DNA of 64,000 bases from a virus (lineage: Duplodnaviria > Caudoviricetes). The stretch covers positions 30,790-94,789 of the IMG/VR virus record IMGVR_UViG_2744054895_000001. One strand, 5' to 3'. Both the position numbers and the translations under genes were made by a program. This document shows positions 56,253 to 63,370 of the stretch, piece by piece. The stretch's first letter is position 1, and each line of letters opens with the position of its first letter. The notes under the pieces were generated by a model. The model was not told the DNA's origin and searched no databases. It saw only the letters and a list, made by a program, of their open reading frames with translations.

Positions 56253-56315
56253 GCACGGACGAAAGCCCTACGGGGTCAGTAGAAAGGCAGCGATCGTTCC
56301 TTGAGAACTCAACAG
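56253..56315 (+). promoter_or_regulatory. rRNA-operon leader / boxA antitermination mimic
   Basis: GGACGAAAGCCCTACGGGGTCAGTAGAAAGGCAGCGATCGTTCCTTGAGAACTCAACAG resembles the Streptomyces rrn leader as recalled (GGAGGAAAGCCCGAGAGGGTGAGTACAAAGGAAGCGTCCGTTCCTTGAGAACTCAACAG). Confidence 0.8.
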
Positions 56316-56319
56316 TGGA

Positions 56320-56985
56320 TATAGACGCACGGGAACGGTAACGACGTTTCTGCGCGGGGGTCGAGGGACCCCCACTATCGGCCGACGTGTCGATAGGGCG
56401 TGCATGCAACAGGGGTGAGGTATGCCTACTGTTGCCGAAGGATTAGAGTCCGGGACCAAATGCGCGTGGCTAGACGTCCGTGGCTTTCACAGCATGGAGA
56501 CAGATAGTCAGTGGATACGTGGTGGCAAGAGCTAACACAGAGGTACCGCCACCGTTACCCGTAGCGTCACTCTCTCTCATATCGCGCCGGATTTATCTGT
56601 GCGCGATACGGGGAGCGTTGCTCTTACAGGGCGCTCCCCTACCCTCTCTGTTTGGTCCGTTTACCGACGGACAACGCAGTACCGAGAGAGTCTGTCTAGG
56701 TTTCCGGTTGGAATCCAAGCTAAACCCACCATGCGTTCAGTGTGCTAGCACTGCATGGCCGTCGTCTGATGACGTAAGTGAGGGGTGTCGTGGGGTCTAG
56801 CAGCCCCAAGTAGGTCAGTTACATCGAGGCCGAATCCCGGGTGCTTTCACAGGTCCTAAGCGAATTCCGATTCCTAGACGCTCTCTCAATCTCATGCACT
56901 ACGGTGCGGCAGGGGCATGCCGGCTTGTCATGCGCGCATTTCCCTGCCGTAGCCGAGAGCCAACGGAGTGGTGTCCGTTGGTCAC
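56320..56985 (+). ncRNA. Candidate large structured leader/ncRNA
   Basis: No credible ORF; many hairpins; long-range stems 56324-56338/56552-56568 and 56684-56700/56873-56887. Confidence 0.55.
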
Positions 56986-57003
56986 CCATGAGAGGAGAGA
57001 ACA

Positions 57004-57489
57004 ATGTCTCATCGCCAGGCGATTACCCGTGAGGATTACCTGTCGGCGCTGAGTGCCGCCCAGTTCGGCGATGTCGCTCCGTTTCTGGCGCGATGCTGCC
57101 CGGACTGCGGTGCGGGTGATGAGTCCGCATCGGATGGGAAGCACGCTGTCATGGGCGGCAGTGTCGTGATCGGATGCGACGGATCCATGCTCGTGAACCC
57201 CAATCTTCTGGGATTCAACGTGGAACTGTGGCTCGACTGGCGTCATATGGAATCCGACAACGTGCCCGAGGACGCCTCTGTGTGGGCATATGAGGGCGTG
57301 ATCTGGCGGACCGGCGCGAAGGTGCGTCCGGCCCGGCCGACGGAGTACGAGGACGGTCTGACCGGAACTCTCGTGCGTATTGCCCTGGAGCACAGCTTCG
57401 GCGATACCGAAGCAACGCTCTGGGTCCAGTGGCACAACAACACGAGCGGTCCGGACTATCACGGATACGGTGACATCGTTCTGATCTGA
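57004..57489 (+). CDS. hypothetical Cys/His protein (paralog of 60233-60931)
   Basis: GAGAGGAGAG RBS; CPDC..HAVMGGSVVIGCDG..VNPN..WLDWR. Confidence 0.75.
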   Translation: MSHRQAITREDYLSALSAAQFGDVAPFLARCCPDCGAGDESASDGKHAVMGGSVVIGCDGSMLVNPNLLGFNVELWLDWRHMESDNVPEDASVWAYEGVIWRTGAKVRPARPTEYEDGLTGTLVRIALEHSFGDTEATLWVQWHNNTSGPDYHGYGDIVLI

Positions 57490-57490
57490 A

Positions 57491-57558
57491 AGTCGTCCCG
57501 GCGACTCTAAATAGGCGTTAGGCCGGGAGCGTCCGTACGGAATTCCGTACGGGGTCGC
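57491..57558 (+). ncRNA. Pistol self-cleaving ribozyme 1
   Basis: P1 AGUCG/CGACU, loop UCCCGG pairs with CCGGGA, UAAAUAG, P2 GCG/CGC, UUAGG, GCGU, P3 CCGUACGG hairpin, G|U site 57554/57555. Confidence 0.9.
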
Positions 57559-57611
57559 AGCAGCGCTGCGGGTCAGGGGTGGTGCCCTGTCTGTGTCGAG
57601 AGGAGAGAGCA

Positions 57612-58139
57612 ATGAGCATCAGTCCGATCAACTGGTCCGAGCGCATCATGCGTCCCCGGTCCGGTGCGTGGAAGCAGTGCCCTAACTGCAAGCGGCGGAA
57701 CGTCTCCATTCGCTCCCCGCATTCCCACACCGACGGCCGACCGTGCAAGTTCGTGGTGATCTACCGCACGTACTTCACGATGGACATGATCCATGACGGC
57801 GACTACGGCCAGATCAGGAACGAGGACGGCTCTTTCGGTGACGGTCCCCTCCAGACTTACGAGATTGTGGACTGCGCGCCGAAGGACGTCTCCGGTCCAT
57901 GGGACAACCCCGTCAAGCTCGCAATCGACGCCATTCGTGACGCCGATTGCGCGTACGACGAGGGTGCCGACTGGTTTTACCACCACGACGGCTCGTACAT
58001 CCGAGACCACTACTCGGGTGAGCGCATCGACCCGTCCGCGCACCTCTGGGGGTTCACGGACGAGGAAGACGAGCGCGTCCACCACGTGATCCAGCGCGGG
58101 TGGAAGCAATTCTGGGCGAGCCTGCGTAAGGCCGCCTAA
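57612..58139 (+). CDS. hypothetical protein (CxxC..H..C)
   Basis: GAGAGGAGAGAG RBS, ATG 57612. Confidence 0.75.
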   Translation: MSISPINWSERIMRPRSGAWKQCPNCKRRNVSIRSPHSHTDGRPCKFVVIYRTYFTMDMIHDGDYGQIRNEDGSFGDGPLQTYEIVDCAPKDVSGPWDNPVKLAIDAIRDADCAYDEGADWFYHHDGSYIRDHYSGERIDPSAHLWGFTDEEDERVHHVIQRGWKQFWASLRKAA

Positions 58140-58140
58140 C

Positions 58141-58208
58141 AGTCGACTCGGCGACTCTAAATAGGCGTTAGGCCGAGTGCGTCCGTACGGAATTCCGTGC
58201 GGGGTCGC
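58141..58208 (+). ncRNA. Pistol self-cleaving ribozyme 2
   Basis: Same fold with compensatory pseudoknot ACUCGG/CCGAGU; G|U site 58204/58205. Confidence 0.9.
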
Positions 58209-58241
58209 AGGGGTGGTTCCCTGCCACGAGAGGAGAGAGCT

Positions 58242-58952
58242 ATGTCTGCGCAGACCCTCGAAATGGTTGCGTCCGACTTTCTGTACGGCTCCACCGAGGA
58301 GGCCCTGAACGAACTGTTCGCGGCCCCGCCGGCCATGGAGCCGCACACTGACGCGCGCTTCGACAAGGGCAACGACACGATCGTCATCGACGGGGTGCAG
58401 TTCTACGCCAAGCGCGTGGACTACCACCGTGAGATGGACGAGAAGTTCGTCCAGTGGGTGATGGAAAACCGCCAGGGGTTTCCGGTCTACGGCGACCCGT
58501 CCTCTGCGGACGGCGAGTCGTTGGAACTCTGGGCACAGTCCATCACGGACAAGTACTTCGGGTCCCCCTACATCTCCGGCATCGACACGGACGGCTACGA
58601 GTCGTTCATGCCGAACGGGGTCAAGGGCCAGTTCTTCCGGTACGAGGACGAGACGTACGTCGCCCTGTGGCAGCAGTGCACCGGATACCGCGCACGCACG
58701 CGTCCGATGGTGTTCCACGTGTCCTGCCACGAGTCCGCCTACCTGCTGGACGACGACAAGGCCACGGCGTACTGCACCGAGTGCGAGGACGTCGTGTTCG
58801 ACATCGAGTCCGGCGGGCAGCACATCAAGCGCATCGACCGGAACGGCGAAGAGATCGACGACGCCCCGGAGGTGTCATTCGACGACCTGGTCGGCCATCC
58901 CGTCTGCCCCAAGTGCGGTTCCGATCTGCGTGTCGAGGCCGCGAATTTCTGA
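58242..58952 (+). CDS. hypothetical acidic protein with C-terminal zinc ribbon
   Basis: RBS; CTEC...CPKCG. Confidence 0.75.
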   Translation: MSAQTLEMVASDFLYGSTEEALNELFAAPPAMEPHTDARFDKGNDTIVIDGVQFYAKRVDYHREMDEKFVQWVMENRQGFPVYGDPSSADGESLELWAQSITDKYFGSPYISGIDTDGYESFMPNGVKGQFFRYEDETYVALWQQCTGYRARTRPMVFHVSCHESAYLLDDDKATAYCTECEDVVFDIESGGQHIKRIDRNGEEIDDAPEVSFDDLVGHPVCPKCGSDLRVEAANF

Positions 58953-58961
58953 ATTCATTCA

Positions 58962-59021
58962 TGCCGAAACTCCGTGAGGAGTCGTCCCAAGGTGGTGCTT
59001 GGGACCTGATGATGGCAGCCA
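58962..59021 (+). ncRNA. Type II hammerhead ribozyme 1
   Basis: UGCC-GAAA-CUCC(GUGA)GGAG-UC|GUCCCAAG(GUGGUG)CUUGGGAC-CUGAUGA-U-GGCA; cut after 58983. Confidence 0.92.
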
Positions 59022-59053
59022 ATGTCTGAGTCAGTGTTGAGAGGAGAGAGCTT

Positions 59054-59617
59054 ATGTCTGACCTGCGCATCTACGTGGCGAGTCTGTCCGACTACAACAA
59101 CAGCATTCTCCACGGTCGATGGATCGACGCTGACCAGGATGTCCAGGCCATCAACGATGAGATCGCTGAGATGCTGAAGGAGTCGCCTGCGGCCCAGAAG
59201 TATGGCGATGTCGCGGAGGAGTATGCCATCCACGACTACGACGGATTCGGGGATTTCAATCTCGGCGAGTATGAATCGCTGGAGAAGATTACGTCCATTG
59301 CCAAGGCACTGGATGAGTTTCCCTCTTGTGTAGTCGCTTGGTTCTTCCGCGAGTGCTCCCACATGGAGTTCGACGAGATTGTGGACACCATCCGCGAGAA
59401 GTCGATCACCACGATCGAGGATCAGTGGGGCAATGAAACGGACGCGCTGGCTGAGTATCTCTTCGACCAGATCGAAGAGAGTGGTGACCTGCCGGAGCAG
59501 TACAAGAATCACCAGATGGCCATAGCCAAGAGCATGGCGCACGATGCCGTCTGCGGCGGGGAATACAACATCCTCTACGAGGGCGGCGGCAAGTACCACA
59601 TCTTCGAGGTCCTGTGA
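59054..59617 (+). CDS. ardA: Antirestriction protein ArdA (DNA mimic)
   Basis: RIYVASLSDYNNSILHGRWIDA..EEYAIHDYDGF..LGEYESL; very acidic. Confidence 0.88.
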   Translation: MSDLRIYVASLSDYNNSILHGRWIDADQDVQAINDEIAEMLKESPAAQKYGDVAEEYAIHDYDGFGDFNLGEYESLEKITSIAKALDEFPSCVVAWFFRECSHMEFDEIVDTIREKSITTIEDQWGNETDALAEYLFDQIEESGDLPEQYKNHQMAIAKSMAHDAVCGGEYNILYEGGGKYHIFEVL

Positions 59618-59622
59618 CCAAT

Positions 59623-59682
59623 TGCCGAAACCCCTTCGGGGGTCGTCTCAGGGTGGTGCCTGGGGCCTGACGATGGCAGCCA
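59623..59682 (+). ncRNA. Type II hammerhead ribozyme 2
   Basis: UGCC-GAAA-CCCC(UUCG)GGGG-UC|GUCUCAGG(GUGGUG)CCUGGGGC-CUGACGA-U-GGCA; cut after 59644. Confidence 0.92.
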
Positions 59683-59705
59683 TTGTCGGTTTCGAGAGGA
59701 GAGTT

Positions 59706-60140
59706 GTGACGAGACACGCTATCCGGGCGATGCGAGGAATAATGCGTCGCAGGGATCAGGACTACGCGTGGATTCCATCGCTGGGCCATGGAGTTCTCTA
59801 TGACCCCGATAACCCTACCTGCCCGCACTCTGTCACAAGAGCGGCAGTTCGTGCGCTCCCGAGCGGAACACGCACGATGTCTTGCAGGATAAGTAACAGG
59901 TCTCGCGCGTTGGAGCTCGTAGTCCGAGAATTGGCTACGGAATGGTACTGCGACATCGCAGACATACGATCTATCGTGGCCGACAGGTTCCGGGGATTCG
60001 GGGACAGCGAACAATCCGCACTCGACGATGCAATCACGAGTGGCCTTACTTCCCCGACTTCTCTGGAGAACGTCAAGCACGGGTGCATGACGGAATTCCG
60101 CAAGACGCCGTTCGGTGTGGTCATGCTCGATCAGGGTTAA
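59706..60140 (+). CDS. hypothetical protein
   Basis: GTG after GAGAGGAGAG; lower GC than neighbours. Confidence 0.65.
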   Translation: MTRHAIRAMRGIMRRRDQDYAWIPSLGHGVLYDPDNPTCPHSVTRAAVRALPSGTRTMSCRISNRSRALELVVRELATEWYCDIADIRSIVADRFRGFGDSEQSALDDAITSGLTSPTSLENVKHGCMTEFRKTPFGVVMLDQG

Positions 60141-60146
60141 TCAAAA

Positions 60147-60206
60147 GCCGAAACCCCTTCGGGGGTCGTCGTGGGGTGGTGCCCACGGCCTGATGACGGC
60201 AGCCGC
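60147..60206 (+). ncRNA. Type II hammerhead ribozyme 3
   Basis: GCC-GAAA-CCCC(UUCG)GGGG-UC|GUCGUGGG(GUGGUG)CCCACGGC-CUGAUGA-C-GGC; cut after 60167. Confidence 0.92.
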
Positions 60207-60232
60207 TGAAGTCAGTTCTGAGAGGAGAGAGC

Positions 60233-60931
60233 ATGAAGCCCGAGGAATTGGAGTACCTGGACGCCGTGCGTCAGACACCCCTCGGACGCATCGAGCCTTA
60301 CCTGTCTTCGGTCTGTCGTGACTGCGACGGACAGGTGGACTCGTCGAATTTGGCTGGGCACGTGATGATCGGCTCACATGTCGTTATCTGCTGTGAGGGT
60401 TACTTCATGGTGGACCCGAACGTGGTCGGCATCCCGTCGCCGAATTGGTCGGACTGGCGCGAGAAGGCAGAGTCCAATCCCAAGTCGCTGTATAAGCAGG
60501 GTGAGTTCCTGGCTGCGCACGCCCTAGAACTGGGCGTCTCGTACGACAGCGATCTTCCTGCGTCCGCCTTCCACCCGAAGCTCGTCGGCGCGGCCATTGC
60601 CGCTCTGCGTGCATGGCTGGAGGTCAACTGGGGCAGCGCAGCAGTCCGCGAGGCCGAAAAGGAGGCCCTCGGTCACACCGGAGACGGGATGTATGTCGGC
60701 ACGGTCGACAAGCTCAACTACCAGGGGAAGACCCTGTGGGTTGGTGATCGTGTGCGCTGCGCGAACCAGGATGCGCAGGGGAACGACCTGTCTTTCTCCG
60801 GGGTGCTAGCCAAGATCGAGCTGGAGTACTGGGGGTCCGAACTGAAGCCGACGGTCAATGTGCGCGCTCCCGAAGCGACGCACGACGATCCGATCGGATG
60901 GGAGGACCTGAGCCGCGTAACGTCGTCGTAG
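60233..60931 (+). CDS. hypothetical Cys/His protein (paralog of 57004-57489)
   Basis: CRDC..HVMIGSHVVICCEG..VDPN..WSDWR. Confidence 0.75.
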   Translation: MKPEELEYLDAVRQTPLGRIEPYLSSVCRDCDGQVDSSNLAGHVMIGSHVVICCEGYFMVDPNVVGIPSPNWSDWREKAESNPKSLYKQGEFLAAHALELGVSYDSDLPASAFHPKLVGAAIAALRAWLEVNWGSAAVREAEKEALGHTGDGMYVGTVDKLNYQGKTLWVGDRVRCANQDAQGNDLSFSGVLAKIELEYWGSELKPTVNVRAPEATHDDPIGWEDLSRVTSS

Positions 60932-60948
60932 TTTGGATTCGCCTACAA

Positions 60949-61010
60949 GCCGAAACCTCCGAGAGGAGGTCGTCGTGGGGTGGTGCCCACGGCCTGATGA
61001 AGGCAGCCGC
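60949..61010 (+). ncRNA. Type II hammerhead ribozyme 4
   Basis: GCC-GAAA-CCUCC(GAGA)GGAGG-UC|stem I-CUGAUGA-A-GGC; cut after 60971. Confidence 0.92.
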
Positions 61011-61037
61011 TGAAGTCAGTTCTGAGAGGAGAGAGTT

Positions 61038-61538
61038 ATGGGTCTGAGCAAGCAGGATGTCCGCGCGATCAGGAACGCTGATGGACTGGTGTTCTTCCAC
61101 AACGCCCCGATTTCTCGGGGCGGTGAGCGCATGAACTGGCTCAAGTGCATCCGCGACGGTTCGAAGACTTCGAGTGGTTTCGAGGACTTCCACGTCGTCC
61201 GGCTGGAGAGCACGTCCATCACGTACTACGGGGAGGACGCGCACACCAAGCACTCGGCGTCCCTCGGTGACGAAAAGGTCGTCGGGTCCGTCTACATCAG
61301 CTCCCCCGGCATGCTGCCGCAGCATGAGACCTGGATGCGAGCGCTCCGCGAGGGTGATGAACTCCGGGTCCAGATGTGGCTGGGCAACAACAACGGCTAC
61401 CTCAAGGAGTCGGGGATGGCGCATGACTACGCGTGGTTGGACATCCGGCGCCCGAAGACGGACGCCAGGACAAGGTACTGGCTGGGCAATGTGATCTGCC
61501 CGGCGACCAGCACGTGCCGCATGCTGAGGGCGCTCTGA
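61038..61538 (+). CDS. hypothetical protein
   Basis: Strong RBS, 166 aa. Confidence 0.75.
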   Translation: MGLSKQDVRAIRNADGLVFFHNAPISRGGERMNWLKCIRDGSKTSSGFEDFHVVRLESTSITYYGEDAHTKHSASLGDEKVVGSVYISSPGMLPQHETWMRALREGDELRVQMWLGNNNGYLKESGMAHDYAWLDIRRPKTDARTRYWLGNVICPATSTCRMLRAL

Positions 61539-61602
61539 ACCAGCGGTAGAAGGCTCGCCGGCTGAGGTGTGTTCTCTGTCGGCGGCCCTGCCGTGCCTAA
61601 TT

Positions 61603-61662
61603 TGCCGAAACTCCGTGAGGAGTCGTCGTGGGGTGGTGCCCACGGCCTGACGAAGGCAGCCA
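61603..61662 (+). ncRNA. Type II hammerhead ribozyme 5
   Basis: UGCC-GAAA-CUCC(GUGA)GGAG-UC|stem I-CUGACGA-A-GGCA; cut after 61624. Confidence 0.92.
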
Positions 61663-61694
61663 ATCGCTGAGTCAGTATTGAGAGGAGAGAGCAC

Positions 61695-62519
61695 ATGAGC
61701 ATCAGAAAAGTGCTGGTCTCGGCTGATGACGTTCACGCGTACGAAGCCATGGTCGACACGGAGGCTCCGCTGTGGAACGGGTTTCTTTCGCCCCGCTTCA
61801 CTCTGGAGGCCGTGAAGCAGATAGCTTCTGACATGCAGGAGGATCTGAAGAGGTCCGGCTACGCCGATCAGGAGGAGATCCGCGTCATCGAGGCCCCCGG
61901 TTTGTTCGGGGAAAGCGAGGACAGGGTCGACGAGTTCGGCGAGCCGATCCAGATCCCTGCGGTGGTGGTGCTCCATATCAGTTGGACGTACGTCTTCGAT
62001 GACGACCCGGAGTCCTGCGCGAAGGTGGTTGCGCCCGGCAAAGACGGGTTGTACGCCGTTGGCGCATGGGAGTGGACGTGGAGCGAGATCAGTCCGAACA
62101 TCTCCCAGCGCGCGGAGTATCTATTCGACTTCGCGACCGCGGCCATCAATGAGGCTGTCTGGTACGAAGTCGAGCCGACTGAGGACGACGAGGACCAGAC
62201 GCTCGGCATGGAGTGGGAAGCCGTCGAGGCCCTGAACCTGGGGATCAACAGCGTGCATCTCAACATGCGCTCCGCCTTCATGTCCGCGCTCGGGGAGTTC
62301 ATCGACGCCAATGCGCAGGTGCTGAACGGCATCCCTGCCGACCAGGCCGGCTATGCCTTCTGGCACTCCATGCGCGGGGTGGACGGCATCAAGTCCCGTT
62401 CGTTCCTCGGAAGGCGTGAGATCCCCGCAGAGGTTCGCCAGCGTCTCCACGAGACGGCGCGTACGCACTCGTACAGCAGCGTTCGATTCGTCGGAGACAT
62501 GCTCCACATCGAGAGCTAG
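61695..62519 (+). CDS. hypothetical acidic protein
   Basis: Strong RBS; WNGFLSPRFT..GLYAVGAWEWTW. Confidence 0.75.
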   Translation: MSIRKVLVSADDVHAYEAMVDTEAPLWNGFLSPRFTLEAVKQIASDMQEDLKRSGYADQEEIRVIEAPGLFGESEDRVDEFGEPIQIPAVVVLHISWTYVFDDDPESCAKVVAPGKDGLYAVGAWEWTWSEISPNISQRAEYLFDFATAAINEAVWYEVEPTEDDEDQTLGMEWEAVEALNLGINSVHLNMRSAFMSALGEFIDANAQVLNGIPADQAGYAFWHSMRGVDGIKSRSFLGRREIPAEVRQRLHETARTHSYSSVRFVGDMLHIES

Positions 62520-62527
62520 CTCAACAA

Positions 62528-62589
62528 TGCCGAAACCTCCGAGAGGAGGTCGTCGTGGGGTGGTGCCCACGGCCTGATGAAGGCAGCCA
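62528..62589 (+). ncRNA. Type II hammerhead ribozyme 6
   Basis: UGCC-GAAA-CCUCC(GAGA)GGAGG-UC|stem I-CUGAUGA-A-GGCA; cut after 62551. Confidence 0.92.
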
Positions 62590-62620
62590 ATCGCTGAGTC
62601 AGTGTTGAGAGGAGAGAGCT

Positions 62621-63217
62621 ATGCGGACTGCTTCAACTATGATCGGTTTCGCGATCGTCGAGGACGACGACTTCGACCTGGAGAACTTCAGCGACTCCGA
62701 AGCGCTCATCAAGGAGTGCGGCGAGAAGCTGGAGTCTGGGGAGTGGACCGTCTGCGGCATCGTGGCCGTGGTCCACGGCGAACTTCGATACGAGGCCGCC
62801 CTGTGGGGCACCGTCATCGAGGGCTGGCACTTCGGCAGGTACAAGACCGTGGAGGACATCCGCGACCCGTACCTCCGAGAGGTCGCCGAGGACATCGCCG
62901 ATCAGGCGCAGGATCTCATCCCGGTGACGCACGCCGACGACTCACCTGACGCGCTGGTCGGTCACGTGGTGGCCGTCCGGCCGTACTACTACGAGCCATC
63001 CGGTCCCGGATCCTTCCGCTCCAAGCGTTCCCCATTCATCGCCCGTGCGGAGGTGAAGGAGACGTTCGGGGAGGAGATGGTCGTCCTGCGGTTCCTGGAG
63101 GACGCCGGTCCGTGGCCGCGCGACGGTGCCTACTACCCGCGCGAGTTGCACAAGGTGCAGGCGTGCAAGTGCCCCGCATGTACCTCCGGTGGCATCGGCA
63201 TACACCAGGGAGCTTGA
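62621..63217 (+). CDS. hypothetical protein
   Basis: Strong RBS, acidic N-half, C-terminal CxCxxC. Confidence 0.72.
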   Translation: MRTASTMIGFAIVEDDDFDLENFSDSEALIKECGEKLESGEWTVCGIVAVVHGELRYEAALWGTVIEGWHFGRYKTVEDIRDPYLREVAEDIADQAQDLIPVTHADDSPDALVGHVVAVRPYYYEPSGPGSFRSKRSPFIARAEVKETFGEEMVVLRFLEDAGPWPRDGAYYPRELHKVQACKCPACTSGGIGIHQGA

Positions 63218-63280
63218 TCCAGACGCAGAGGACTCGTCGGCTTGCCATGCACGTCGGCCGACGGATCCGCCATGCCTTAT

Positions 63281-63343
63281 TGCCGAAACCTCCTGCAAGG
63301 AGGTCGTCACGGGGTGGTGCCCGTGGCCTGACGAAGGCAGCCC
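63281..63343 (+). ncRNA. Type II hammerhead ribozyme 7
   Basis: UGCC-GAAA-CCUCC(UGCAA)GGAGG-UC|GUCACGGG(GUGGUG)CCCGUGGC-CUGACGA-A-GGCA; covarying stem I; cut after 63305. Confidence 0.92.
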
Positions 63344-63370
63344 TTGGTCAGTTCTGAGAGGAGAGAGCAC

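Noticed and set aside
56760-56800. CTGATGA near 56767 as an additional hammerhead
   Set aside because: No suitably placed GAAA, stem III or UH site found.
56295-56900. rRNA gene following the boxA
   Set aside because: No 16S 5' signature (AGAGTTTGATCCTGGCTCAG) or other rRNA motif is present.
56895-56960. Hairpin before the first array gene as a twister-sister or other ribozyme
   Set aside because: Only a GGCAGGG/CCCTGCC stem is evident; I could not match the conserved core of any known class.
58962-63343. Intergenic hairpins as simple intrinsic terminators or REP elements
   Set aside because: No U-tracts; invariant single-stranded CUGANGA/GAAA/UC with covarying stems fit hammerheads better.
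57489-63370. Intergenic repeats as a CRISPR array or integron attC sites
   Set aside because: Spacers are whole genes, no cas genes or integron integrase are adjacent, and the conserved residues match ribozyme catalytic cores rather than attC R/L boxes.
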